64,000 bases of DNA from Octopus sinensis. Lineage: Eukaryota. Shown here in pieces: positions 39,316-52,546 of this stretch. A program made the translations under genes and the position numbers. The notes beneath the pieces are model-generated. The model was not told where the DNA came from, did no database searches, and saw only the letters and a list, made by a program, of their open reading frames with translations. Where the stretch lies: positions 63,426,001-63,490,000 of the forward strand of contig NC_043008.1 in NCBI RefSeq assembly GCF_006345805.1, in the 5' to 3' direction. Every line of letters starts with the position of its first letter. Position 1 is the first letter of the stretch.

Positions 39316-41208
39316 CACAATGTTGGTTCTGGAATTCCTTCCTTGCTCATGTCATACCAAAATCATCAATTTGCAACTGTTTAATTCATTACCAACCCAG
39401 CTGAAAGCACTTCTGGCTCTTTAGTACAAATGTCTGGTATTCAAAAGTTCTGAATTAAAATCTTCCACCAAACATTAGTCACAATTTATGTTCCTAACAC
39501 TAGCTTTATGATAACGATGTTATTTTAGTAAATTCTTTGTTATATTTAAAATAATTGGAAGAAACACAGAGCATCTCAAAATAAATACAGAAATGAAAGG
39601 GTTAAACACTATATTAACAGCATCAGTCCCACTAGTGTCAGTGGCACTACAAAGACCTGTGGCACTGCCCATTTCTCAAGCCTTAGCCAGTAAAGGAAAT
39701 ATATATAGTTTTACCATAGCATGTCTTTTTTTTAAAAGATCAATGCAACCAAATCTTGTTACATGAGCAATTTACCTCTCTAAGCCAGCATGTTCTATCT
39801 TTTCATAGATTTTCTTTGTTACATACATCTGTTATTCATTTGCCAATTCCTTAACTGTAGCAGATTCAAGAATTCTACATAAGACAGCTGTAGTCTTCAA
39901 TAGTTTCCAATGACAGAGTTTGATATTTTCAATAGCATATTTAAATTGACAGTTAAAGGAGAAATCCATTGCTTATTAATTTCTAAAAAGTTTGAATTTT
40001 TGCACAGAATAATATCAGTTTTTTCCAACTGATTTTAAGATTCTGCAGAATGTTATTTCTTTTCAACATCATTAAATCTATTCGAATAGAAGTACATTGG
40101 TTGCCTGTTTTATATGAGAGCAGAAAATACTAATCATATTGATATATCTGTTTTGTGAGTGAAGCAGGTGTGGTACCAAATGACATAGTCATTATAAGAA
40201 CTCTTCTTCAGTTTCCTAATTGCTTCAAGGTGTACTGCTGATAATGGAGACCTCTGATATATTTAAAAATTATATATGTTGGATATTGCAATTCCAATGG
40301 AACTTCTCTATTTGAAACACTGCAGTTCCTTGAAATTGTCAGGATCTAGTAGTACCATCATCTTCTCTAAAATTATGAGTGAGAAATGATAATTCTGTTG
40401 CAAGGAATTTTCAGTTTTTAAAGTTGTATGAGAAAACATTTAAAGAAAGCTAGCAAATTTCCAACATGGATATTTCTGTTTTCTTCATAGTAACCACATT
40501 CTCAAAGCAACTAGAGTTTTTAATTACTCACATTTATTAGTTGCAAATTATAACTAAATTTATATATTTAAATGGCAATCTCATAAAGGAAAATAATTAG
40601 AAAGCTATAAAATTTTGGTCCAAGAACATTTTATATGTTGGACAAAGATCAGGAATTCTTAATTTATGATTTATGTGGATTTGGCTCAAACTATCAGCAA
40701 AGCATAAGATGGGCAATATGCCTTGCTGTGTGTATCTGTTAGTAGTTATATAGTCAATTGCTAAATCACTTATTGTCACAAATTCTGTTGGCTACAATAA
40801 CTTGTGAGCAGCATAATGATTTTTGAAGCTTTAATTATTCATTCATTCAGTCAACAGTTTATTAATTACATCTTTAACTCTCTCAGACCTGGACTACTCA
40901 GTATAATTTTACACTCCACTTAGGATTCTGAACAAAAGCAATAAATAGTTGCATATACAGTAGAAGAGTAATTATTGCAGGAAAACTGATGGACAAAATC
41001 ACAAAAAATTCAGGAGAATAACAATAGTAAGCCTTTCTCTCAACTATCATGTTTGTTCATTGCAGGTAGACTAAAGGACTGAATCACAAAAAAAAAAAAT
41101 TTTTTTAGAGGAATTGCAATAACAGGCCTATTTTTCAACCACTGTATTCACACAAATTATTACTTTTCTCATCACTGTCATCAGTTTGAGTGTCCATATC
41201 ATTCTCAT

Positions 41209-41514
41209 TTTGTTTGTTTGTTCCTTCTCAAGCCATGTCTGGCTCATCAGGGCTGGTTTCCCGGTTTCCTTGGCGTATAGGTTCCCCACCTCGATGGGAC
41301 GCCGGTTCATTGCAAGTGAGCTGCAAGATGCAGGAGGAAAGAGTGAGAGAAATTTGTGGTGAAAGAATCAGCAGAGGTTCGGCATTACCCTCTGCTGGAG
41401 CCGCGTGGAGCTTAGGCGTTTCAATCATAAACACACACATCACCCGGTCTAAGATTCGAACCTGCGATCCCTCAACCGCAAGTCTGCTGCTCTAAGCACT
41501 AGGCCATGTTCCTC
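41209..41514 (-). mobile_element. tRNA(Arg)-like-headed SINE, family A2
   Basis: Reverse complement of 44038-44344; (TTTG)n tail. Confidence 0.85.
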
Positions 41515-41559
41515 GACTATATCATTCTTGTTGTCTGCATAAGGGTAAACTCTTTGTCT

Positions 41560-41667
41560 AAAGAATAAATATCATCAAGGATTTCCTCAACTGTAAATAC
41601 AATACTTCCAGAAGTATCATGTGGGCCACAAGATAAGAGTCTGCGGCCTCAGGCTGGCCAACCCTGG
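41560..41667 (-). mobile_element. Short hAT/Charlie-type terminus; another at about 57250
   Basis: GGCCAACCCTG followed by GTCTAGAC, the typical Charlie target motif; only one end seen. Confidence 0.4.
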
Positions 41668-43219
41668 TCTAGACCATATTCACTTACCAGACAATGTTGG
41701 GTTCATCAGATGCATGTTTCATTGCAAAATCAGATTTTTTTCAATTAAATGTAAAGGTCAACAATAGTTGCAGAGGACACTATTAACAATGAGTCAGAAA
41801 TGCATTGGGCTACAAAGCTGAAATGTGATCAGTTGTCTATTTTTAATAATTTATCTTCTTTTTTATGTGCAGTGTTCATTATCTCTTTGAAAGAAACCTG
41901 GTAGATATTACCTTTAAGCGATTCCCAGTATACCTGGAATTCAGCATAACAGGGTTAATGAATTCATAGACTTCAAAATATCAATTATGGGTGGAGTCAT
42001 GTACAAGAACTACTTCCACAAAACTTTTCCAATTTTATTTGGTACATATAGACAAATTTGAAAGTGTAACAACGCACTTAGCTGAGATTTGAAACATAAC
42101 TCAGATTTTCCCATGCTACAACCACGAACTAATGTACTTCCATAAAACTTCGCTTCCTTAATTCTCCTCATTCTTATTTCCATATTCCATCTTGCTTGCT
42201 CACAGCCTGTTCAACCTCATTACCATTTTCGTCTCTGTCCCCATACTAAACTCGCCTCCGGTCGCAGCTTATCTATTAAAAAACCCCTCGATTCCATGTG
42301 GTTCCTTACATTCATTTCTCTGCCAAACGATGTCCAAAAGCTAAGATTTTTTTCTCTCATTTTTCTTTCCGTTCCCTTGCACTTCATTTGCCACTAATAA
42401 TTTAAATGTATTATTTACTAACAGCTTGCTTTTCATTGAAAATGTCCCCTCAAATATAATTTTAATCTTAGTCCTATCTCGTAATTTTGTCAAGATAATT
42501 ATTCGTTTCTATTTGTTTATCCTCGTTTTCAATTCACATTCTTATTCCCATACATCGTCCTGTCCCCCAAAACACTTCGCTGTCTTAATTCTCCTCATTC
42601 TTATTTCCATATTTCATCTTTGTGAATATGGCTTGATCAGTCATCACTGGCTTATTATGACCTATACAGCAAACTTCAAAGTTATGCAGCAAGTTTTCCA
42701 ACCAAACTGTTTTTAGCTGGAAATTCTAGAAGCTGACTTACAGATATAAAAGCTGGCAAATTCAACCTGAAGCCAGAGAGTCATTTAGCTATCTGGGGGG
42801 AAGTTATGTCACTTGTTTCAGCAAGCTGGTCTCTCAAACTTTCTTTCAATTTTCTTATATAACATGCTTGTATCGTACTTGACAGACGGCCCCAACCTTA
42901 ACTTCTAGTGTTGAGTAACACACATTAATTATATGTATTGATTTAGATTGCTTACATAACTTTTATGATATTATCTACTAAATTTTATTCAGAATATTCC
43001 CAACTGCTATGTTCATTGAATATTGTTTGATTAATTTATTGGATGTACATTTGTAATTATAATGATATGGATCAATAAAATATTTGATCAATTAAACTTT
43101 AGTCAATTAAATTTTAGTGTGGTCACTGTCTACATATGCAACTTAACTCATATTGTGAACAGCTTAAGAAGAATATATAACGAAACACTATACGGCAAAA
43201 TTTGCCAAATGCACAACTC

Positions 43220-43631
43220 TTTATTCTTTACCCTTTTACTTGTTTCAGTCATTTGACTGTGGCAATGCTGGAGCACCGCCTTTTAGTCAAGCAAATCGAC
43301 CGCAGGACTCATTCTTTGTAAGCCTAGTACTTATTCTATCCGTCTCTTTTGCTGAACCGCTAAGTTACGGGGACGTAAACACACCAGCATCAGTTGTCAA
43401 GTGATGTTGGGGGAACAAACACAGACACACAAACATATATACACACACACACATATATATATATATATGACGGGCTTCTTTCAGTTTTCTTCTACCAAAT
43501 CCACTCACAAGGCTTTGGTTGGCCCAAGGCTATAGAAGAAGACACTTGCCCAAGGTGCCACGCAGTGAGGCTGAACCCGATACCATGGGGTTGGTAAGCA
43601 AGCTACTTACCACACAGCCACTCCTACGCCT
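43220..43631 (-). mobile_element. Family C SINE, full length
   Basis: Colinear with the other family C copies. Confidence 0.88.
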
Positions 43632-44037
43632 ATGCACTATTTAATTTCATATTAAAACATATAGCAAACACATTTAAAGGTGGAAATTTACCTTTAAATT
43701 CAAACACAAGTGACTAAAATTTTGATGATATGGGGATTTTCCTGAGGGCAGAATAAAATATTTCATAGAAAATAAAATTTTCTAGTACAAAGTAGCAAGT
43801 ACTTCCTTCAATGATGAGATTTGTCCTTCCAATTACATTAAACTTGTTTCCATCAAAAGATTGCAACTTTTCATATCATTTACAGTATGATTTAAGGGAG
43901 AATTAAAAAGAAAGAAATGTACATTTTTCCTAGCATGTCCGGGTTGTTAGCAGGTAGCTGTTTGCCACTTAACCTGCAGCCTGCAGCATAGTGGATTCAG
44001 TGACATCAATTCATTGCATTTGATACCACACTTGGTG

Positions 44038-44344
44038 TGGAGGCACATGGCCTAGTGGTTAGAGTAGCGGACTCGTGGTCGAGGGATCGCGAGTTCGAAT
44101 CTCAGACCGGGTGATGTGTGTGTTTATGAGTGAAACACCTAAGTTCCACGTGGCTCCAGCAGAAGGTAATGGCGAAACTTCTGCTGACTCTTTCATCACA
44201 ACTTTCTCTCACTCTTTCCTCCTGCATCTTGCAGCTCACCTGCGACTGACCGGCGTCCCATCCAGATGGGGAACCTATACACCAAGGAAACCAGGAAACT
44301 GGCCTTGATGAGCCAGGCATGGCTCGAGAAGGAACAAACAAACA
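44038..44344 (+). mobile_element. Family A2 SINE, full length, with likely TSD ATACCACACT
   Basis: A box TGGCCTAGTGG, B box GAGTTCGAATC, (AAAC)n tail; ATACCACACT lies on both flanks. Confidence 0.88.
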
Positions 44345-44666
44345 TACCACACTCAGTAAGCTGGAGTGTTGCTGGTAGTCATTTAGTGGAGAAGCAGCAT
44401 ATTTGTGGAAATAGTTTTTACATTGGTGTGACCACATTTGATGGTGCCACGTAAAAATTTGAGGTGGATGGTCAGTATAGGTTGCGATGTGGTCTATATG
44501 GTTGGCAGAAATTAAATACTCTACTCTGGGGGGCAGCCAAACTCATGTTGGTAAATATAGATTGCCATCTGTACTCACATATTTAATTTACTATGTGAAT
44601 GTATGTGTGCCAAACCACACATGTGCATATGCTTACATCTTTGTGGATGCTTGTATGAATGAGTGT

Positions 44667-45160
44667 ACCACCAGTAACTCACTATTAAGATACACATGGG
44701 TAATGCAATGAATGAAGGAGAAACAGGCTTACTTTGCATGGAATACATAAGTAAGGAATGTATATTTCAATATCAATTGATTTCACCCTATGTATGACAA
44801 ACATACTCTGGGATTAGCAGTTGAAAATAATATTTTTAGCATCTATTTCTGAAATATTCATCCCATTACCTCATGTGCGTACTTTACTTTAAAACTTTGA
44901 CTTTTAAAACAAAACTATCATGAGCCAGTATAAATCTAAATAAAGAATGCACACAAGGTAATGTGGTGAACATTTCAGAAACAGGTGTTAAAAATGTTAT
45001 TTTCAACTGACGATCCCAGAGTATGTTTGTAATACAGAGGGTGAAATCAATTGATATTGAAATATAGGTTCCTTACTTATGTATTCCATGCAAGGTAAGC
45101 CTGTTTCTCCTACATTCATTGCATTGCCCGTTTGTATCTTAATAGTGAGTTACTCATGGT
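44667..45160. mobile_element. Fold-back/MITE with about 212-bp inverted arms and a 70-bp spacer
   Basis: 44667-44878 is the reverse complement of 44949-45160 with scattered mismatches. Confidence 0.8.
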
Positions 45161-45297
45161 TTGGAGCGATGGCTCCGATTATAGCAAGTGGTATTTAAAT
45201 AACCTACTGAATCTAAATTTAGCTTATGTCTTGCCTATAAAGGTGTAAACTTGCTAGCTACCTTATTATTATCATTAATAATGGTAATAATACTTCT

Positions 45298-45533
45298 AAA
45301 AAGCACCAACCGATCGTGGCAGTTGCCAGCCTCCCCTGGCACCTGTGCCGGTGACACGTAAAAAGCACCCACTACACTCACGGAGTGGTTGGCGTTAGGA
45401 AGGGCATCCAGCTGTAGAAACACTGCCAGATCAGACTGGAGCCTGGTGCAGCCTCCTGGCTTCCCAGACCCCAGTCAAACCGTCCAACCCACTTGGATGG
45501 AAAACGGACGTTAAATGATGATGATGATGACGA
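45298..45533 (+). mobile_element. Family F element (RTE-type tail, (GAT)n end), 5'-truncated
   Basis: GGTTGGCGTTAGGAAGGGCATCCAGCTGTAGAAA...ACGGACGTTAAA(TGA)n; homologs at 46863-47063 and 63290-63537. Confidence 0.82.
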
Positions 45534-46862
45534 TATATATATGTGATGTTGTTGTTGTTGATGATGATGATGATGCTACATACATACATCAAGATGTGTG
45601 TGTATGTGTGTCACTTAAGCATGCTAGTAATTAAGTACATAAGTTTGCATGTACAAAATTTTGTATATGAGGTGCTCGTATGTAAATGCTCATACAATAC
45701 TTATCAAATCATACATTTTATTACTAACGAGTAGCATAAACACACTTTATCCTGTTCTCTTCTATTTCCTCTTTCTTCCCTTCCTTCTCCCTCTCAACAC
45801 ACATCTTTCATAAACATATCAGTTCAGAAAGAGATGCCATATGCAAAACAACATATTGGCAGCATGGATGTCTTTACATTAAGGATCAAGGAAGCTATTC
45901 TCATTAAGAAACAGAACCAATTCAAGCAACAGAAATGAATTACATGAAGTAGATTGAGTATTAGAACAATACCAGTCTGTATATACCACACAACCTTCAC
46001 ACGTGTTATAATAGAAAGCTACCAACTCATCACACCCAGAATTTTCTCTTGATAAAGTGCTCTTAAGACCGAAATATCAAATTATAAGATGGCATATCAA
46101 CTGTTGTTTTGTATTCTTTAAAGTGACGATCCCTTGATTTCCAATTTTTATTGTACAAACATTAAAGTCAGCAGTAACAATTCTATTACAAATGCTTCAT
46201 TCAAACTTTATTATTCTAATAACATTGTAGTATAGTTTACAGCTGATGTGGTGTTCAAATGCTGCAGGCAATGTTACAATTACTTTTCATCTTTTACTAC
46301 CACATCAGATATATGTATATAATATGATTCGTTGAATATTGTGTCAACTCAGACACCCAACCCACTGGTGAATCATTCGAATGTCATCATAGGTACTAAA
46401 TTTAAGTATGCAAATTTTGGAGGTTAAGGGTTGCAATGTTGTTTTTGTGTAGTGGTTAGCAAAGCTACATGGTTTCCAGTGGTATTTATGTCCTACAAAT
46501 GATGCTGTGACTTTTCCATCTTCTTTCTATACTGGTTTAAATTTTGGCACAAGGCCAACAGTTTTGGGGAGAGGTAAGTCGATTGCACTGCCCCTAGTGA
46601 TCAATTGGTGCTTAGTTCATTGACTCCCCAAAAGAATGAAAGGCAAAGTCTACCACAGCAGAATACAAAATCAGAGCATAAAGACAGATGAAATGCTGCT
46701 AAGCATTTTCCTGGCAGAGTAAGCTTCAGCCATCTCACCATCTTATGTTCTATAATATGTATACACACTCAAACACATGCATGTGTGCATGTATGTATGT
46801 GTGTGCATGGGACAGGGCTGAGTGAAGAAAAATAGCTTGGAATGGCCAGCAGCACATATTTG

Positions 46863-47063
46863 ATCATCATCATCATCATCATCATCATCGTTTAGCGTCC
46901 GCTTTCCATGCTAGCATGGGTTGGACGGGTCAACTGGGGTCTGTGAAGCTGGAAGGCTTCGTCAGGCCCAGTCAGATCTGGCAGTGTTTCTACGGCTGGA
47001 TGCCCTTCCTAACGCCAACCACTCCGCGAGTGTAGTGGGTGTTTTTTACGTGCCACCTGCACT
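46863..47063 (-). mobile_element. Family F element, 5'-truncated
   Basis: Reverse complement of the 45.3 kb and 63.3 kb copies. Confidence 0.82.
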
Positions 47064-47285
47064 GCATCATAGATGAATAAGGAATAAGGAATAATTAACT
47101 TAGCTACAAGAAAAATATCTTGTTATATTGAAATTTATCTACTTCCCGATATGGTAGACAAATTACTTAGCGATATTTGATATCAACTCTAAAGGGGAAG
47201 GGGATTTAATATCAAGAATCAAGTGTTCTTTACAACACACCTGTAATTAGGAATAATTCATACATATCTATATACACACATACAT

Positions 47286-47466
47286 AGGTGCAGGCATGGC
47301 TGTGCAGTAAGAAGCTAGCTTCCTAACCACATGGTTCTGGATTCAGTCCATCAGTCCCACTTTGTGGCACATTTAGCAAGTGTCTTCTACTCTAGCCTCA
47401 GGCCTACCAAAGCCTTGTGAGTGGATTTCGTAGACGGAAACTGAAAGAAGCCTGTCATATATATAT

Positions 47467-47534
<68 letters not shown>

Positions 47535-47725
47535 TGTTTGTCCCCCAACATCACTTGACAACCGATGCTGGTGTGTTTACATACGTGTAACCTAGTGGTT
47601 CGGCAAAAGAGGCCGATAGAATAAATACTAGGCTTACAAAGAATAAGTCTTGGAGTCAATTCGCTCGACTAAAGGCGGTGCTCCAGCATGGTCACAGTGA
47701 AATGACTGAAACAATTAGAAAAAGA
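47286..47725 (+). mobile_element. Family C SINE, full length, with internal (TA)n(TG)n
   Basis: Colinear with the other family C copies. Confidence 0.87.
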
Positions 47726-48845
47726 ACAGATACCCTCTATGATATTTATTGAACAGTCTTCCCTTTCTCATTTGACCAGCATAACCCAATGTACACATAA
47801 ATATGTGTGTGCATCAATGCTTGTGTGTGTGTGTGTGAGAGAGAAAGAGAGAGTATAGAAATTGTTATTTTAATGAACCCTTGCAAACTCTCTTGATTAT
47901 TCCCAAAAATTACTGAAACACATTTGTGGTGTTTTCCATTGCATCACAAATATAGACATGCACACATGTTTATAACATCGAAATACTTTCACCTAACAAA
48001 ACAGAGTACATTAGATGCCCAGAATAAAAAACAAAATGTAAACGGTAAAAGAAAAATACCTATGAACAGAGGAAATATGTTTCTTTAACTTTATTATTAT
48101 TTTTTTATTTATTCTAGAGAAACCATTTTCTACCAGTGAACAGATTACTTTTTACCATAGTCATGGTCGAAACAGCCAAATTGTACAGAAAACATTACAT
48201 TTACCTTCTTTGCTTGTGAATGCTTACATAAAATAAACAATGTATAATGTTCAATGAGAATTGCTTTAGAACATATATGTGTTTCACTCCACGAGAAAGC
48301 CTCACTGCTATACATTAGTTAACGAAGCTTGCTATGTCTTTAAATTGAAAATATATCTTTTATTATATTAGTAAGCAAACTGCAACGGAAATAGCCAGAA
48401 CATATTGTATTTACAGGAAAGAGGAAGAGAATGGAATTGAAAACTAAGGAAATATAAGTAATAAAAAGTGAGAAGAAAAAAATAACCATCCAGACGACAC
48501 ATTGCTGTGAGGGGAAAAAAAATTGAAATAAACTGAGGAAAAAATTAATGTAAAAAAATACCAATACCCAACTATAAATGTGACATGTAAAACAGAGATA
48601 GAATTTATTTATGAAGCCGTGCATGAGTTCTATATGAATGTAGTTTATATAACTGGATTTTTAAATCAAGCAAAGGAAAAAGAAGAAACACAGAAATATA
48701 TATATATATATAATATATATATATATATATACACACATATATGTATGTATGTATATAGATATGTATGTGTGTGTGTATATATATATATGTGTGTGTGTGT
48801 AAATATATGTATGTATATATATATATATATACATACATATACATA

Positions 48846-48884
<39 letters not shown>

Positions 48885-48885
48885 G

Positions 48886-49184
48886 TGGAGGCACATAGCC
48901 TAGTGGTTAGAGCAGTGGACTCGCGGTCGAGGGATCACAGGTTCAAATCTCAGACCGGGCGATGTGTGTGTTTATGAGCGAAACACCTAAGCTCCACATG
49001 GCTCCAGCAGAAGGTAATGGCAAACTTCTGCTAACTCTTTCGCCACAACTTTCTCTCACTCTTTCCTCCTGCATCTTGCAGCTCACCTGTGACAGACTGG
49101 TGTCCTGTCCAGGTGGGGAACCTATATGCCAAGGAAACCAGCCCTATGAACCAGGCATGAATCAAGAAGGAACAAAAAAAAAAA
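48886..49184 (+). mobile_element. Family A2 SINE
   Basis: Colinear with 44038-44344; A-rich tail. Confidence 0.86.
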
Positions 49185-49221
49185 GATATATGTACATATA
49201 TATATATATATAGCTGTTTAT

Positions 49222-50215
49222 ATATAGGAGTGAGAGTGTGGTAAGTAATTTGCTTACCAACCACATGGTTCCAGGTTCAGTCCACTGCATGGCACCTTGG
49301 GCTAGTGTCTTCTGTTATAGCCTCGGGCTGATAAAAACCCTGTGAGTAAATTTAGTAAATGGAAACTGAAAGAAGCTCATCATATATAAGTATGTGTGTG
49401 TGTAAGTGGAATGACTCTCCCCCCCCCCATTTTCTCCCAAACTTGTTTATTTAAAAAATTTTTGGCCAAAAATCCCCGTTTTCGGATACAGAGTTTCTGG
49501 AAAACTGCAAAAAATTGGCATTGTGAAATTTTCCCCCACTTTCCCCACCAACTGCTTCAATTTTGACTTTTTCCCCAACACTAACCCTAAAACCGTAACT
49601 GTAAGTACAGAAATGTTTTGAAATTTTTGTTCAAAATGTCCGTATTTTTTCCACAAATTTAGAAAAAAAAAAATTCTTAAAAAAAAATGTTTTACAAAAA
49701 TTTTTGAAAATTTTTTACAGAATCATAATCTCTAAATTTTTTTTTTCCTGTAGTTTCAGCTCAGAACTGTGGCCATTCTGATGCACTGGTGTTCTCATAT
49801 TTTCCACATATTTTAGAAAAAAACAATTCTGAAAAATGCTGAAAATGAAGGAAATGGGGGTATAATTTAGAAATGTCGATTTTTGCCAATTTTTTTGCAG
49901 ATTTGTATACCCCGTAGCCAAAAAGGGGGATGGGGTTGTGTCAAAAAAATTTTTTTTTAAGGGTGGTTATTTTGGTGGGGATGGGTGGAAGTCTTGCCAT
50001 GTATGTTTGTATGTCTGTGTTTCTCCCCACCCCCACCATTGCTTGACAATTGATGTTGGTGTGTCAACATCCCTATAACTTAGCAGTTTGGCAAAAGAGG
50101 CCGATAGAATAAGTACTAGGTTCACAAAGAATAAGTCATGGTGGTCAATTTGTTCGACTAAAGGTGGTGCTCCACCATGGCCACAGTCAAATTATTGAAA
50201 CAAATAAGAGAGAAA
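49222..50215 (+). mobile_element. Family C SINE split by an unrelated insert of about 590 bp (49407-49998)
   Basis: 5' half ends at about 49400 and 3' half resumes at about 49999, both inside the internal microsatellite. Confidence 0.75.
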
Positions 50216-50444
50216 AAAAGAATATATATATAGTTGTTCATGTATATTTATTTGGTTGTATTTTGGTGACAATATTCATCATTTCAAAATATATGTGGTT
50301 GGTACTCTGTGATGGCAATGGAACTCTAAAATATATGGTTTGTGTCTTGGAAAAAGTCATGGTAATTTCTAGGTTATTAATTCCTCTGTGAACTAAAAAT
50401 TTATTTGTAAATGAGAGAGTCTGTGTTTGTATGTGTGTGTACAT

Positions 50445-50595
50445 ATACAGGGTGTGGTGAATAAACTGTCAAGTAAATCACACAAAAATGAAAATTACAC
50501 TGACATCTCATTTTAACAGATATATTTACCAAAATTACATAGAAATACCTTGAAATTCTAAAGAGTAAATTTAGTCAATAAAATCGACATTGGCT
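50445..50595 (+). mobile_element. Possible Tc1/mariner-type terminal fragment
   Basis: Starts TA|CAGGGTGTGGTGAATAAA; no partner end was found. Confidence 0.3.
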
Positions 50596-50632
50596 CCAAT
50601 CATGCATATATATATATATATACATATATATG

Positions 50633-50747
<115 letters not shown>

Positions 50748-50953
50748 ATATATATATATATACACAATATTTTACTGGAAAACATAATTAGATTTTTAAG
50801 CTTAATTGAGTGGAAATGATTAATTATATGAGATAGCATGCAATTGAATGTGAACAAAAAATCACAGTTATATTTTGCATGATTGTATTTTCATCTTGTA
50901 CACTTATTGAATATGATACCTTGCAAGGATTTAAAGAATATATTTAATATTCT

Positions 50954-51130
50954 TTATTTTCTTTCTTTATTTTCTCTCCTTGTTTCTTTCTGTGTTCCTT
51001 TCTGTGGAAGAGCGTAGGCTCGAAACGTTAAAGACTTTTTCACTTCCCAAGCGTTAAACTAATACATCTGTTTGTTGTCTACATCACCTGTCTTCATCTT
51101 TTGTTTTTGCTTTTTTGTGAATTCTTCCCC
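50954..51130 (+). mobile_element. Short hammerhead-like element, family H2, with a 13-bp TSD
   Basis: TATTTAATATTCT at 50941-50953 and 51131-51143; homolog at 61431-61612 on the - strand. Confidence 0.8.
50998..51033 (+). ncRNA. Minimal hammerhead-like fold with an A6U core variant
   Basis: CUUU-CUGUGGA-A-GAGC(GUAG)GCUC-GAA-ACGU-U-AAAG: stems I and II pair and stem III is the palindrome ACGU. Confidence 0.6.
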
Positions 51131-52254
51131 TATTTAATATTCTGCCTGGATGAGATTACTTTTTCATAACCAGTTCACCAAGTCACCAGAATTATTAATT
51201 ATATGTAGGAAAATAGCAATGTAAATCAAATTAGACAATAAATATGTCTTGTTATTTGGTACTTCTCAAATCTTTAAGAGTAATGACAAAGAAAATCCTT
51301 AAGACATTAGAGAGAGAAAGCTGCGCTGATTATCTGTTAAAGACAATCTGATATTCGTAGAAATCTTTCCATGTTGTGCACTAATCAAATTAGCTTTTAA
51401 CAAACAATATATATGTGCCATTGTATGTATAGCTTCAGGTATAATATTATATAAACAGCTTTATCCATTGTTCCTGCAACACAGTTAATTTAACAAATGT
51501 TATGTCTTTGGATAGAGATTTGAGACAGTAATGAAAGAGAGATAGTAGACAGGTGACAGAACATTAAATTTCATTAGGCCATTATAGTAGACAGAAACTG
51601 AGAGTAGGCTTCATATCTATCAAAGAGGTTGGCTAAATATGCAATCAAAAGTAAATGTAAGAAAGCTTATAAAATGTTTAACCAGGAAACTATAATACAA
51701 TAACAATATAAAGGGAATTCAAGAGTGCTACACTTACTCATATCATATTAAAGAATACTTAGTTGAAGTTGTTAAGAAGAGAGGAAAATTGGAACAGGTT
51801 AATTGAGAAATAAAATTTGTCATACGTTTGCAATTAACCCTTTCATTACTTTTATATTACTATTAAAATATGCTGTCTTTGTTTCAATTAATTTTGAAAA
51901 TAATGACAAATTTAGTATAATAATTTTGTCATTATTATGTCTGAAATTTTGATGGGCCATTTTGATTTAAATAATTCTGAATCAAGAATTTTGTATCAGA
52001 GAACCATAAACAGCCTTATGTAGTTTAGTTTCGAAATAGTTGATATCGTTTATATTCATGGTATTATACAACCATTTATAAGTTGATTAAGAAGGTAAAA
52101 TACCTTTCTAATTACTCATATTGAATATAGAAACATTACTTGATTGTTACACTTCAAATACTCTCAGAGAAAATTCCAAAAATCTTTATTAATTTTAATA
52201 CGGAAAAATTTCCACATATCAGTGGGATTACATAAGAAATATTATAAGCTAATA

Positions 52255-52546
52255 ATAATGATGAAGATTAAAGAAGAAGAAGAAGAAGAAGAAGAAGAAA
52301 AAGAAGATGATGATGTTGATGATGATGAAGAAGAAGAAGAAGAAGAAAAAGAAGAATAAGACGACGACGACGACGATGATGATGATGAAGATAATGACGA
52401 TGAAGATGATGATGAAGATAATGACGATGATGACGATGATGATGATGAAGATAATGACGACGATGATGATGATGATGATGATGATGAAGATAATGACGAT
52501 GATGATGATGATGATGATGAAGATAATGACGATGATGATGATGATG
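52255..52546. repeat. (GAA)n/(GAT)n/(GAC)n compound trinucleotide array
   Basis: Directly visible. Confidence 0.93.

Noticed and set aside
44038-44115. tRNA-like sequences at SINE heads (also 820-887, 48886, 62150, 35142)
   Set aside because: No complete acceptor stem, and each continues into a repeated body, so these are SINE heads rather than tRNA genes.
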